A stretch of 64,000 nucleotides of DNA from an uncultured archaeon (GTDB taxonomy: Archaea; Asgardarchaeota; Thorarchaeia; Thorarchaeales; Thorarchaeaceae): positions 32,001 through 96,000 of the forward strand of contig CAZLEV010000006.1 of NCBI GenBank assembly GCA_964558645.1, given 5' to 3'. The notes beneath the pieces were generated by a model. It saw only the letters and a list, made by a program, of their open reading frames with translations. It was not told where the DNA came from and did no database searches. Shown piece by piece: positions 28,635 to 38,986 of this stretch. How positions within the stretch are numbered: position 1 is the first letter of the stretch; each line of letters opens with the position of its first letter. The translations under genes and the position numbers were made by a program.

Positions 28635-30101
28635 TTATGAATTGTTCACCGTCTTCTTGAAGGCCTCACCATACTTCACTTCCCCATATTTGGCCAGGGC
28701 TTTGGCTGCCAATGCTGCTCTCTCGCCTGTATCATATGTTGGAACCCCCATCAGCTCCATTATCTCTCCAGCTTTGATTGTGAATCCTCCGCCCATAGAA
28801 ACGACCACAAATGGAACACCAGATGCTCTCTGATGATTAGCAATTACATTTGTGATGTCCATCCCTAGGCTTGGCGTCTGCATCAGCATTCCCACGAGAA
28901 CGATGTCATATTCTCCGGTCTTCAGTGTCTCTTCGAACACGGCATCATAACGTGATGAATCGCTGTCGCCCACAACATCCACAGGATTACCTATGGCGCA
29001 GTATCCGGGCAACCTCTCACGCATTCGCTCTCTCAGTTGTGCAGAGGGATGAGGTATACTCAGCTCAAGCGCCTCAAGAGCGTCTGTCGTCATCACTCCC
29101 AGCCCTCCTCCATTTGTTATCATAAGTACCCTGTCACCTCTGGCAGGAGGTTGCATTGACAGCGCCTTTGCCATGTCAAACATCTGTTCGAAGTTATCTG
29201 CTCTGATGATACCAGCCTGTCTGTATGCCGCGTCGGCTATGTTGTCAGATCCAGCCAGTGAGCCAGTGTGCGAGCTTGCTGCCACCTTTGCACGTTCCCC
29301 CCTTCCTGATTTGACTACCAGCACCGGCTTCTCAGAGGTAACGGTCTTCGCATGCTCAAAGAAGGACCGTCCCTTTCCTGGGTCATATCCCTCAGTGTAG
29401 AAACAGATGACTTGGGTAGTGGAGTCCGCTGCGAGATAGCGGAGCAAATCATCATCATCCACATCACATTTGTTGCCCAGACTGATGATTTTGCTGATTC
29501 CTAGACCAAGTTCGGCAGTCCAGTCAGAGATGGCCGCCGCAAATGCACCCGATTGGGACACAAGAGAGATGTTCGCCACGTTGCTGGCCTTCGGGCGAGC
29601 ACATCGAAACTCGGGAAGAAAGAATGTGTCAATCTGCGTGGTTGTATCTATGACACCAACACAATTGGGTCCAATAATCTTGATGCCATTCTCTCTCCCG
29701 ATTCGTACAATCTCATCCTCAAGCTCTGCGCCCTTTGGCCCGGTTTCTGAGAATCCCCCTGAGATGACAATTGCAGCTTTTGTGCCCTTCTTGGCTATGT
29801 CTTCGAACACCATTGGTGCGATTCGGGCAGGAACTGCAACAACGACCATGTCTACGGGGCCGGGTATCTCCTGAAGTGATGGGTAACAGGGTACCCCAAG
29901 AACTTGGTCGTATTTCGGATTCACCGCGTAGACTCTACCAGTGTACTGCGGTTTAATGAAGTTCTGGAGGATGGCCTGACCAACGCTATTAGGGGTGGCC
30001 GAAGCACCATAGATGGCTACATTTCTTGCATTGAAGAAAACATCAATCTCTGTCATTGAATCATCTGACAACGATATCACCCTGAGCCCACTGCTGAGCA
30101 A
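28635..30101 (-). CDS. acdA: ADP-forming acyl/acetyl-CoA synthetase alpha subunit
   Basis: GGFSE.G, IGPNC.G, SQSGA, SLGN..D, phospho-His SSHTGSL, TNGGG, NPVD. Confidence 0.93.
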   Translation of the reverse strand: MLSSGLRVISLSDDSMTEIDVFFNARNVAIYGASATPNSVGQAILQNFIKPQYTGRVYAVNPKYDQVLGVPCYPSLQEIPGPVDMVVVAVPARIAPMVFEDIAKKGTKAAIVISGGFSETGPKGAELEDEIVRIGRENGIKIIGPNCVGVIDTTTQIDTFFLPEFRCARPKASNVANISLVSQSGAFAAAISDWTAELGLGISKIISLGNKCDVDDDDLLRYLAADSTTQVICFYTEGYDPGKGRSFFEHAKTVTSEKPVLVVKSGRGERAKVAASSHTGSLAGSDNIADAAYRQAGIIRADNFEQMFDMAKALSMQPPARGDRVLMITNGGGLGVMTTDALEALELSIPHPSAQLRERMRERLPGYCAIGNPVDVVGDSDSSRYDAVFEETLKTGEYDIVLVGMLMQTPSLGMDITNVIANHQRASGVPFVVVSMGGGFTIKAGEIMELMGVPTYDTGERAALAAKALAKYGEVKYGEAFKKTVNNS

Positions 30102-30197
30102 CGACCATGTTTCGATACAAGTAGTACTTGTAATTTCTCATGTGGTAGTCATCATAACTCTAATAGCGTCAGCAACTCCAGTTGAACAAGGTTCATC

Positions 30198-31202
30198 TTG
30201 CCATTTGATATCATAAGAGAAGGAGAAGAGATTCTAGAGCTGAAGGAAGATCAGCTGGAATCGACAATGCATTCTGCATTCCAAATGAGAAGAGAGAGGT
30301 TTGGTTCAACTCTCTATTGTTATGGTCCAACAAGCTACCCTTATAGTATCAACGAACACATACAGGCGAACAAACACAATTTTCCTTCGTTAAGCGTGAC
30401 CGGCACAAGCTGTGCACTAAGGTGCGAGCATTGTGATGGGCGATTATTGAAAGGGATGAATGCAGCGTTATCTCCCGAGGAAATGCTGGTTCGATTCTCA
30501 GAGATAGTTGAAAGTGGTGGCAGAGGTGCTCTTGTCAGTGGTGGCTCCGATATGCGGGGAAGAGTGCCTCTTGGGCGGTTTAGAGATGCTATTGCTCGGG
30601 GCAAAGAGATGGGACTGGAAATCGTGGTTCACACTGGAATAGTTGATGAGCCCACAGCTGAGATGCTTTCGGCTGCATCAGTAGACGCAGTGATGCTCGA
30701 CATCATTGGTGATTCCAAAGTCATGGCAAAGGTGTATCACTTGAGGGACGGAAGGGAGGCCATGAATAGAAGTCTTGAGATCCTCCAAGCCCATGGTCTT
30801 CCTACAGTGCCACACATACTGGTAGGCTTAGACTATGGTGAACTGAGTGGTGAACTTATCGCCATTGACATGGTGTCTAGATACGATGTTGCGGGTCTTG
30901 TCATCATCGCTCTCAGTCCTCTTCGTGGCACCTCCATGGAGGGGGTGACCCCTCCCACTCCTAAAACAATCGGGCGTATATTGACCATTGCACGCTTTGG
31001 ACTACCTGAAACACCCATTTTACTTGGTTGTGCACGTCCAATCGGCCAACACAAGATCCTCACCGACAAATATGCTATTGATTCGGGAGTGAATGGAATC
31101 GCCTATATTAGTCAGGAAGGAGTCGACTATGCCAAGGAGCAATCACTGGAACCGGTCTTTCAGGATATATGTTGTAGTCTTGCATTTCAGAATTACGAGT
31201 AG
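30198..31202 (+). CDS. lipS1: Radical SAM protein, archaeal-type lipoyl synthase subunit LipS1-like
   Basis: CALRCEHC plus GCAR and C-terminal CC motifs described for Thermococcus LipS1. Confidence 0.75.
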   Translation: MPFDIIREGEEILELKEDQLESTMHSAFQMRRERFGSTLYCYGPTSYPYSINEHIQANKHNFPSLSVTGTSCALRCEHCDGRLLKGMNAALSPEEMLVRFSEIVESGGRGALVSGGSDMRGRVPLGRFRDAIARGKEMGLEIVVHTGIVDEPTAEMLSAASVDAVMLDIIGDSKVMAKVYHLRDGREAMNRSLEILQAHGLPTVPHILVGLDYGELSGELIAIDMVSRYDVAGLVIIALSPLRGTSMEGVTPPTPKTIGRILTIARFGLPETPILLGCARPIGQHKILTDKYAIDSGVNGIAYISQEGVDYAKEQSLEPVFQDICCSLAFQNYE

Positions 31203-31741
31203 AAGTGTTTCATCGATCGCCCTGCGAGCTCATAACCCAAATCAAAGGCCCATAGCCCGACCGCTGAGAGCAGAAAGTCAGGCCAGACAAGAGGTAGGAG
31301 TATAGCGGAAACCTTCAATGTGAACCTGTACTCAAAGAACAGTGATAAGACTGACTGATTGCGTCCATTTGCCCAGTTGTTTCCCAGTTCATCCAATACC
31401 GAAGCCAAGAAGAGTATGACAAGTGATGTCAACCATTGGCAAGACTCGGTGACAGGAGGAACGCCAAGCAGCACTAACGTGAGAAACATCACAACGAAGC
31501 CTATTCCAAACTGGGGGCGATTGACTTTTCCAGAGGCAAGAACTCCAAGGATGATTGAAACCATCAAGACCATGTCCCACTCAGATGTGCTCATTAAGAA
31601 GCCAAAGAGGAATCCGGAGATTCCAAGTGGAAACCACGCAAAATCAGATCTGTTAGCCTCATCCAGGAAATCATCCCCTATCTTGAGAGTGAGTCCTGCA
31701 AGACAGTATGCCAAGAGCACGAACAATACTTCTAACATCAA
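31193..31741 (-). CDS. Hypothetical multi-pass membrane protein
   Basis: About 6 TM helices with acidic motifs KIGDDFLDE and LDELGN. Confidence 0.7.
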   Translation of the reverse strand: MMLEVLFVLLAYCLAGLTLKIGDDFLDEANRSDFAWFPLGISGFLFGFLMSTSEWDMVLMVSIILGVLASGKVNRPQFGIGFVVMFLTLVLLGVPPVTESCQWLTSLVILFLASVLDELGNNWANGRNQSVLSLFFEYRFTLKVSAILLPLVWPDFLLSAVGLWAFDLGYELAGRSMKHFYS

Positions 31742-31882
31742 AATCAGGCTTCTTCCTTGATTGATTGGTGGCTCCTCGGCTTAACTATGATTCGTCCTTG
31801 GGATAAACCCTCAGATAGCCAACATCGTCATCGGAGCCAACACTAGGTAATGATAGCATTCTGATAAAACTTGACACACGTA

Positions 31883-32167
31883 CTATTGGAGTGTGACCGC
31901 AGTCCCTATTGCTTGCCCTGGGAGGTTCGTCCTGAATTTGGCTCTTACTGCACCACTGTTACCGTGGGGTCCCAAGATCTTGCCCAAGAATTCACGGCCG
32001 GTTTCCGAAACCCATACTACCTTCTTACCGATTAGGATAGCCGCCTTATTTCGTGATGAGATGCCGTCAAATAGGAGTATCACTTGGTTTGGGTGTTGTA
32101 GATGCTTCCCTCTCCGGTAGCTAGTGACCACACCCTTACGGCCTTTGACTGTATCACTCTCTGACAT
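31883..32167 (-). CDS. rpl35ae: Ribosomal protein eL33 (L35Ae)
   Basis: G....YRRG...Q, GK.V.W, GKI...HGNSGAVRA.F..NLPGQA.G. Confidence 0.95.
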   Translation of the reverse strand: MSESDTVKGRKGVVTSYRRGKHLQHPNQVILLFDGISSRNKAAILIGKKVVWVSETGREFLGKILGPHGNSGAVRAKFRTNLPGQAIGTAVTLQ

Positions 32168-32263
32168 TTTCGGAATTCCCCGTGTAATCAGGTCTCGTTG
32201 ACGCGCTAGAGACTCCATTTAAGACTTGCTGAATGAGCTACTCTGTTCGGAAATGGATTTCGT

Positions 32264-32890
32264 CTAGGTTTCTATACCAGGTCCTTCATCCGCAGAGCCC
32301 AATTTGGTATTCTGATTTGCGCTTCGCTTCTTTATCTCGTCTTCTTTCTCTAGAATAACATCGCGAACCGACCATCCCATCTTGTCTTGGCGTTGAGCAA
32401 TCTGAAAGAGTGCAAACCATGTCCTTCCCTTCGAGGCAGATTCCGAAATGAGAAGATCGTCGATGATATTCCTTGCCCCTTCCACGAGGTATTCAGAGTT
32501 GTCGAGCCGCCCCTCAACCCTTCTTCTTGCTTCAATCAAGTTGTGGACGCGTCTTGCCACGAGTACAGCCCCAACTATTGCCACCACTGCGACAAGAATA
32601 ATGAAAGGCAGCAGCTCTACTATCATATAGATGCTCTCAAAAATGAGCGCGTAGATAACCACCGCGGCAATAGCCATCATATTCACAATCAACGATTCAG
32701 ACGCAGCTCTTCTTACACTTCCAACTCGCCAATTATAGTATTTGGATAGTGGACCATTGGGTTCGCGGAAGTGAGTGATATCTCGCACATAATTATCTCT
32801 CGCTTTTCGGACAACGAACATCCACAGGAATTGGAATCCCAATGCCGTTATTATGATGAGTAAAACAAAGCTGTCAAGTATCAGTTGCAT
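32264..32890 (-). CDS. Hypothetical membrane protein (3 TM plus cytoplasmic helical tail)
   Basis: Hydrophobic segments; TATA-like TTTAAA upstream; no family recognised. Confidence 0.7.
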   Translation of the reverse strand: MQLILDSFVLLIIITALGFQFLWMFVVRKARDNYVRDITHFREPNGPLSKYYNWRVGSVRRAASESLIVNMMAIAAVVIYALIFESIYMIVELLPFIILVAVVAIVGAVLVARRVHNLIEARRRVEGRLDNSEYLVEGARNIIDDLLISESASKGRTWFALFQIAQRQDKMGWSVRDVILEKEDEIKKRSANQNTKLGSADEGPGIET

Positions 32891-33157
32891 GGCTAACTAT
32901 CATGGACATTGGTTTAAAGCCTATTGAATACCGAATCCGCAGTATTACTTTCGGTCTTCTCTCCAGCATGGAAACGTACGGCCAACAAGACCATAACCTC
33001 ACGAAATCCTGAAGCGTTCTCAGACTGCTCATGCCATGGTAATTAGTTACGGAATGCGTGGGTTCGGGTCAAGCTCTCCCGGCAATCACCTGTGCTCACG
33101 CTCACTTCTTCTCTACAGAATGGTTTATCATCTATCGAATCTGGTTCGATATGAACG

Positions 33158-34087
33158 ATGATGGTGGATCCTGTAAGTCACATCTCAGTAGAAGTCAACA
33201 TGTCTGTGGCAGAGATTGTGCGTCAAATGGAACGAGTAGGGGTTCTGGGCGCAGGACGAATGGGTAGGGCAACAGAAATAGCTGCCCGAATGTTTGAGGA
33301 TCCCGATTGTTTCACATATTTGTCCATATCCGGCCCCATGGTACCGGGTGGAATGCGTCTTCTGATATCACACTTGGTCCGTGAGGGCTTGGTTGATGTA
33401 ATTGTGACCAGTGGTGCTAATATTGTGCATGATCTTATCGAAGCTTACAGTGGCAGACACTATCGCGTACCCCAAGGAAGAAACGACGTAGAGCTGAGGT
33501 CTGCAGGGATGGGACGAATTGCAGACATCTTTGTCAAAGACAATGACTTTGAGGAGCTGGAGGCAAGAATCTATCACCTTCTAGATAATCTAAGTGAACG
33601 AAAGCTGACCGGCCTTGCTCCAAGCGAATTTCTATCAGAACTGGGATCCACTCTGACGGATCCTTCATCGATTGTCAGGCAGGCATTTCTCAAAGGAGTA
33701 CCTATCTTCTCACCTGGACTCATGGACTCGATGCTCGGATTTCATATGTATACATTTAGCACTACAACCAGTTTCTCGCTTGACTTTGTCAAGGATCTCC
33801 GTATACTAGGAACAATGATAATGGAGGCAAAAAAGACCGGTGCTATAATGCTAGGCGGGGGACTCACAAAACACTTCACAATGGGAAGCACCATTCTGAA
33901 GGGGGGTCTCGATATGGCAGTCCAGATAACATTGGATCGACCAGAAGGTGGAAGCCTTGGCGGTGCTCCATTGGTGGAAGGTGTATCTTGGCAGAAGATG
34001 CAGAAGGATGCAGATTTTGAGACCGTGATAGGTGACGCCACTATCCTCTTCCCACTACTTGTAATCGGGGCTCTCAACAGAGAATGA
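33158..34087 (+). CDS. dys: Deoxyhypusine synthase
   Basis: SG.MV..G, TSGAN..HD, GGG..KH, GSL.GA...E.VSW.K (catalytic Lys). Confidence 0.9.
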   Translation: MMVDPVSHISVEVNMSVAEIVRQMERVGVLGAGRMGRATEIAARMFEDPDCFTYLSISGPMVPGGMRLLISHLVREGLVDVIVTSGANIVHDLIEAYSGRHYRVPQGRNDVELRSAGMGRIADIFVKDNDFEELEARIYHLLDNLSERKLTGLAPSEFLSELGSTLTDPSSIVRQAFLKGVPIFSPGLMDSMLGFHMYTFSTTTSFSLDFVKDLRILGTMIMEAKKTGAIMLGGGLTKHFTMGSTILKGGLDMAVQITLDRPEGGSLGGAPLVEGVSWQKMQKDADFETVIGDATILFPLLVIGALNRE

Positions 34088-34345
34088 GTTACCCACGCCA
34101 TGGACATTCCTTGAAGACTGAGCATCAACGCCCGCACCTTGACGGTTTGCTGGAAAAAGCCTATCTGGACAGTCGACAGGTGGTAACCGAGAACATCGAT
34201 CTCGCCCCGTTGAAAACGAAACAACTCTCAAGCTGTCACTCCTTCATTGAGAGACCCATGCCAAAATCCTTTTATTCAGACCTCAAGGCGTTGCAATGAA
34301 TCTAGCCACTCAAGGCCATAGACCGATTGACCAAGGTGAATCAAA

Positions 34346-34891
34346 ATGGGTAAACGACCAGGTCACTGCTATAGAGAACAAAACCGTCCTCCATATGTGC
34401 GCAAACGGTATATTCACAGGCAGCCAGCCTCCCGTATCGTATCATTTGATATGGGAACCACGAACGGAAGCTTTGAAGTCGTCATGTCCTTGGTCGGTCT
34501 TGAAACATGTCAGATCCGTCACCAGGCGCTTGAGGCGGCGAGGATTGCTGCTAACCGGTGGTTGCTCAGGAATGCAACACGCCGTAACTACCATCTCCGT
34601 GTGCGGGTCAAGCCGTTTCACTATCTACGTGAAAACAAGATGATTTCAGGCGCTGGCGCAGACCGTGTTCAGGATGGTATGAGAAAGGCTTTTGGCAAGG
34701 TCATAGGCCTTGCAGCAAGAGTCGATGCCGGACAGCCTCTTATGACTGTACGTGTCAATAGAGAACATATTGGGGTAGCCATGAAGGCTCTTAAGAAAGC
34801 TGCACCAAAGCTGCCAACTCCTTGCAAAGTTGTATTTGATGAGATTGACCCCGAGCTGGCCCGGAAGATGGGCTACGGCTATGCTGAGTGA
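34346..34891 (+). CDS. rpl10e: Ribosomal protein uL16 (L10e)
   Basis: RP..CYR, QIRH.ALEAAR, LRENKM..GAGADR..DGMR.AFGK. Confidence 0.97.
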   Translation: MGKRPGHCYREQNRPPYVRKRYIHRQPASRIVSFDMGTTNGSFEVVMSLVGLETCQIRHQALEAARIAANRWLLRNATRRNYHLRVRVKPFHYLRENKMISGAGADRVQDGMRKAFGKVIGLAARVDAGQPLMTVRVNREHIGVAMKALKKAAPKLPTPCKVVFDEIDPELARKMGYGYAE

Positions 34892-35640
34892 TTCCTCCTA
34901 GATTCTCTTAGGCTCTCCAAGATTTTGCGTATTGTGCCTATGAGGGTTGTGACTTCGCGTCCGGTGAGATATGAACGGCCCAACAAATTCTCAAATACTT
35001 GCTTAACAAGTGGCCTTCTGAAGTCACGGAAGGAAACCATATCAACCAGTTCATTGAAGAATATGGTAGCCTGCTTTTTCTCCGTCCTATTGGCAGGACG
35101 GGCAGACGATCGCGAGAAATCTTCCACGCTTGAATACTGCACAAACATATGGTAGAGGGTCACGGCCACTGCATGACTGAGATTGATGCTGGTATACCTC
35201 TCAGAAACAGGAATTGAGAATGCTAGGTCGCAGACGGCGACTTCTTGGTTTGTAAGACCTGAACTCTCTCGTCCGAATACAAGAGCCACTCTTCCATCCA
35301 GTGAGAGTGGGTTTGGGAGTTCTGGCAAGGGAACCACCGCTCTTGTTACACTGTGATTTCCACCTATCCGGGCGGTGGCAGCCCATGAAGCGTGAATACC
35401 ATTCAGAGCTGATTCAAGAGTTTCAAAGATAGTAGCCGATTCCAGAATCCCTAGGGCATGAACTGAGTAGATCTGCGCCTCCTCCTCCTCGCGAGGGTCT
35501 GTACCCACAATTCGGAGATCCGTGACGCCGAAATTCGCCATGACCCGGGCAGTGAAACCTACATTGCCCGGGGTTTCTGGTTCTACGAGTACTACTGTAA
35601 GTCGATCAAGTTCAGCAGCCTCACTTGTCATCAAGACCAT
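34879..35640 (-). CDS. trmJ: TrmJ-family SPOUT tRNA methyltransferase
   Basis: VVLVEP...GNVG..AR.M.NFG, VFGRE..GLTN.E, S.NLSHAV. Confidence 0.9.
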   Translation of the reverse strand: MVLMTSEAAELDRLTVVLVEPETPGNVGFTARVMANFGVTDLRIVGTDPREEEEAQIYSVHALGILESATIFETLESALNGIHASWAATARIGGNHSVTRAVVPLPELPNPLSLDGRVALVFGRESSGLTNQEVAVCDLAFSIPVSERYTSINLSHAVAVTLYHMFVQYSSVEDFSRSSARPANRTEKKQATIFFNELVDMVSFRDFRRPLVKQVFENLLGRSYLTGREVTTLIGTIRKILESLRESRRNHSA

Positions 35641-35653
35641 CTCATCCGTTATA

Positions 35654-36832
35654 TTAGCGATGCATCAACTGAAGCACGTCACCGTCTCGAAGAGAGTAGT
35701 TCAGGCCCACCTGTCTTCTCTTTATCTTCGACTCGTTTCGAATGATAACTGCGGCTCTGAATTTCTCCACGAACAGCTCCTTGTGGACCTTCTCGGCAGC
35801 ATCTTCTACTACCGATCCTTCTGGCAGGACTATGGGTCTGTCTTCTCTCTTCTTCCCGGGAGTCTTCGTATAGACACGGAGAATATCGAGATGCTCATAC
35901 ATGGCCCATTTCATCTTGTCAAGATTGTCATTGCTCTTGATGCTGACTGGAACTATGTGAAACCTCTCCCCGTATTTCTCTTGAAGCTCCTTGTATCGTG
36001 CCTCGGAGTGTGCTGCATCACCCTTTGTTGCAACCATCATAGCACGGATGTAGGCCACGCTTGAATCAAGGGCATCTTGCAGATGCTCTAAAGTTGCCGG
36101 CATCTGAAAACGCACAATCATATTGGTAATCTTTCTGTCTTTCAGATACTCAATGACTTCGTCCTTCGAACCCTCATAGTAGTGCGCCCCGTAGATCATG
36201 AGACCGCCCATTCCTGTTCGCTCTACCCTGACTGCGCTCCTTTCCCGGTTCAGCCTGATTCTCGCCTTGTCAAGTTCTCCCATGATTATGCTCATTTGCC
36301 TGTCGATATCTTGGGACAAGTCAACAACCAGGGCAATGCAATCAGAATTCCGAGCCACTGACAATGATTGACGGCCGATTGCAGAATCATAGCTCCCCTG
36401 AAAAAGACCGGGGAGCTCAACCAACTGGATGTTGATGTCTTCGAGATGCATCATTGCCGGTGTTGGGATTGGTGTGGAGAGTGGATAGTCCGCCACCGTT
36501 AGATCTGCATTTGTTACAGTGTTGACAAGGGCCGATTTGCCACTGTTTGTTACCCCAATAAGGCATATCTGACCCGCACCCTCCTTTCGGATAACGCCTT
36601 CCTCAGGGCCTGCACTGGACCTGCGCTGTCTGTCCTGCTCCCTCTTCTTTTCTAGTTCAGCCTTTAGTTTGGCAAGCTTCTTGCGATAGTCGCCAACCAT
36701 CCTCTCGGCGCCCTTATGATTGGGGGCAAGTCCGAGAAGCTTCTCAAGTTCTACTATCCTCTGTTCGAGACCTTCTGTATCCTCATAGATTTGCCGCTGT
36801 TTATCGAATTCTGGAGTGACGTTGGTTGGCAA
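35654..36832 (-). CDS. DRG/OBG-family GTPase with TGS domain
   Basis: MPTN start, G1 GVTNSGKS, YPLST, ELPG, TKGD, and RVYTK.PG...TGS domain. Confidence 0.88.
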   Translation of the reverse strand: MPTNVTPEFDKQRQIYEDTEGLEQRIVELEKLLGLAPNHKGAERMVGDYRKKLAKLKAELEKKREQDRQRRSSAGPEEGVIRKEGAGQICLIGVTNSGKSALVNTVTNADLTVADYPLSTPIPTPAMMHLEDINIQLVELPGLFQGSYDSAIGRQSLSVARNSDCIALVVDLSQDIDRQMSIIMGELDKARIRLNRERSAVRVERTGMGGLMIYGAHYYEGSKDEVIEYLKDRKITNMIVRFQMPATLEHLQDALDSSVAYIRAMMVATKGDAAHSEARYKELQEKYGERFHIVPVSIKSNDNLDKMKWAMYEHLDILRVYTKTPGKKREDRPIVLPEGSVVEDAAEKVHKELFVEKFRAAVIIRNESKIKRRQVGLNYSLRDGDVLQLMHR

Positions 36833-36913
36833 TCTGACTCATACTCGTGGATTGGCTTTGGATATTTGATATCTTTGTCTGACTCATTATGAAGCTTTCC
36901 TAAAGGAGAAATC

Positions 36914-37516
36914 TCATGAATAGTCAAAAGCTCTGTTCAAATCATTGATGAAACGTTCAGGGTGTTTCATCTTATGAAGACGCTTGAAGGGAACCTCCTG
37001 AGGAAGGATGGTCGATGAATCACCGATTGCATACACGAAGACACCTTGTGGGTTCAGACTGATTTGGTCGGGAAGTTTGTCTGATGCTTGATCCGCTAAG
37101 TACATCGACCTCTTAGAGAAGGAACCGAAAATAGTTCCCTTCGTCCCCTTCTCCAATCGAATTCCATTATCCATGGTCATCTTTTGGCCCAGATCCATTT
37201 CGTCAAGATGCTGGGTGGCCTTCATGATAAAGAACGAGATTGAGCGCTCATCAGGTGAAACCCGCTTCAGTTCATCTCCCGGAAATGTGATGAGCGAAAC
37301 CAGATTGTGTTCAGAACGGCCTAACGATATTTCAACATCCCTTCTCAGGTCTCTAGAAACAAATAGTGATGTGTTCACACATCGGCAGGCTGTCACCAAA
37401 TTAGCTGGATTCATCCCGGCTCTGATCATACGCTTCTCAACCGGAATTGAATCGAACAGCACCATATACGTGCGCAAAGAAACCATCAGCCTCGCTAGAA
37501 CCTCCAGTGGTTCCAC
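36914..37516 (-). CDS. trmY: TrmY-like tRNA pseudouridine-54 N1-methyltransferase (divergent)
   Basis: CRCVN..LF.S..LRRDV and PDERS motifs; C-terminal knot degenerate. Confidence 0.65.
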   Translation of the reverse strand: MEPLEVLARLMVSLRTYMVLFDSIPVEKRMIRAGMNPANLVTACRCVNTSLFVSRDLRRDVEISLGRSEHNLVSLITFPGDELKRVSPDERSISFFIMKATQHLDEMDLGQKMTMDNGIRLEKGTKGTIFGSFSKRSMYLADQASDKLPDQISLNPQGVFVYAIGDSSTILPQEVPFKRLHKMKHPERFINDLNRAFDYS

Positions 37517-38859
37517 TACATCCCGGGCATTCCGGGGATTCCTGGAAAGCCCCCCCGTCTCCCTCTCCGTTGCTTGCTCATAGCCTTCATCATCTTCTTC
37601 ATCTGTTCGTACTGCTTTAGAAGCTCTCTGACATCTTCGGGTTGGACCCCTGCGCCTCGTGCGATGCGCTTTATTCGTGAAGACTTGATGACCTTTGGAT
37701 TGTTGAGCTCTTCTTTCGTCATCGAGTTCATGATGACCTCGAATTTTCGGAGGTTCTCCTCTTGGAGTTCTGCCACATCATCGGGAAGCTTATACTGTAG
37801 TCCCAACATCTCCATGACCTTTCCAATTGGCCCCATCTTCTTCAGCTGCTTCATCTGAACCATCATGTCTTTCAGTGTAAACTGTCCCTTCATCAGGCGC
37901 ATGGCCGCATCTTCATCAACATCTATCTGAGCCTCTCGGACCTTATCAATGAGACCCTTGATGTCCGACATTCCTAGAAGTCTTCCCGCGAACTTGGTGG
38001 GATTGAATGTTTCAATGGCATCCATCCCCTCACCGACCCCTATGAACTTGATTGGCGCGCCCGTAGCGGCTACAGCAGATAGCGCACCGCCTCCCTTTGC
38101 TCCACCATCGAGTTTGGTAACGATTATGGATCCGATGTCAGTTGCCTCTTTGAAAGCAGCAGCCTGAACACTAGCCTGTTGCCCCAAGGTGCCATCAATC
38201 ACCAAGATGATTTCCTGGGGTTTCACTGCTTTCGCGATATCCTTCATTTCTTTGATGAGTCCAGATTCCTCTCTATGCCGACCGGATGTGTCTATGAGAA
38301 TGAGCTCTACGTCTTTCCTCTTCATCTCCTCGACACCCCGCTTAGCGAGTTTGGAGGCTTTGTCTTCCTTCTCATCACCGTAGAATGGAACATTGGATTT
38401 GTCGGCCAGTTGTTTGAGTTGGTTGTATGCGCCCGGTCGGAAGTTATCGGCACATATTACTCCACTGCGAATACCCCTCTTCTGATAATATCGAGCAAGC
38501 TTACCCACAGTAGTTGTCTTCCCCGACCCCTGTATCCCAACAAGCATGATGACATTGGGCTGACCCGGGTGTATTGTAAGAGGGACTGGCTTTTCTCCTA
38601 AGAAGAGGGCAAGATTGTCCCATACAACTCGTACAATATGCTCTCGTCTGGATACGCCCCGCGGAAGGCTTTCATCAAGGGCTTGTTCCTCCACTCTCTT
38701 AGTTATTGCAAGAACAAGATTCACGTCAACATCCGCTTGTAAGAGTGCTCGCTGAAGATCTCTGACGAGTTCTTTGACAAGCTCTTCATCGATGACGCTT
38801 GCACCGAAGAGCTTCTTCAGAGCGGAATTGAGTGACCTTCCCAGACTTTCTAAGACCAA
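37516..38859 (-). CDS. srp54: Signal recognition particle protein SRP54
   Basis: GIQGSGKTT, DTSGRH, TKLDG, Met-rich M domain (SR..RIARG); TTG start at 38859 after GGTGAT. Confidence 0.97.
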   Translation of the reverse strand: MVLESLGRSLNSALKKLFGASVIDEELVKELVRDLQRALLQADVDVNLVLAITKRVEEQALDESLPRGVSRREHIVRVVWDNLALFLGEKPVPLTIHPGQPNVIMLVGIQGSGKTTTVGKLARYYQKRGIRSGVICADNFRPGAYNQLKQLADKSNVPFYGDEKEDKASKLAKRGVEEMKRKDVELILIDTSGRHREESGLIKEMKDIAKAVKPQEIILVIDGTLGQQASVQAAAFKEATDIGSIIVTKLDGGAKGGGALSAVAATGAPIKFIGVGEGMDAIETFNPTKFAGRLLGMSDIKGLIDKVREAQIDVDEDAAMRLMKGQFTLKDMMVQMKQLKKMGPIGKVMEMLGLQYKLPDDVAELQEENLRKFEVIMNSMTKEELNNPKVIKSSRIKRIARGAGVQPEDVRELLKQYEQMKKMMKAMSKQRRGRRGGFPGIPGMPGM

Positions 38860-38986
38860 GTCAATATCACCAATCTTACGGTCCTTTGTCAAGCAGTGCA
38901 CATATCAACCTTCGCCTATCTTTAAACACTAATTCGGATGGGAAAGCCTAATACCTAGTTAAGGAGGGAAAAGTCACAGTTCAAAG

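Noticed and set aside
34084-34299. 71-aa ORF overlapping the DHS stop (ATGA)
   Set aside because: No recognisable motif and it runs over the probable rpl10e TATA box. It cannot be excluded but is unsupported.
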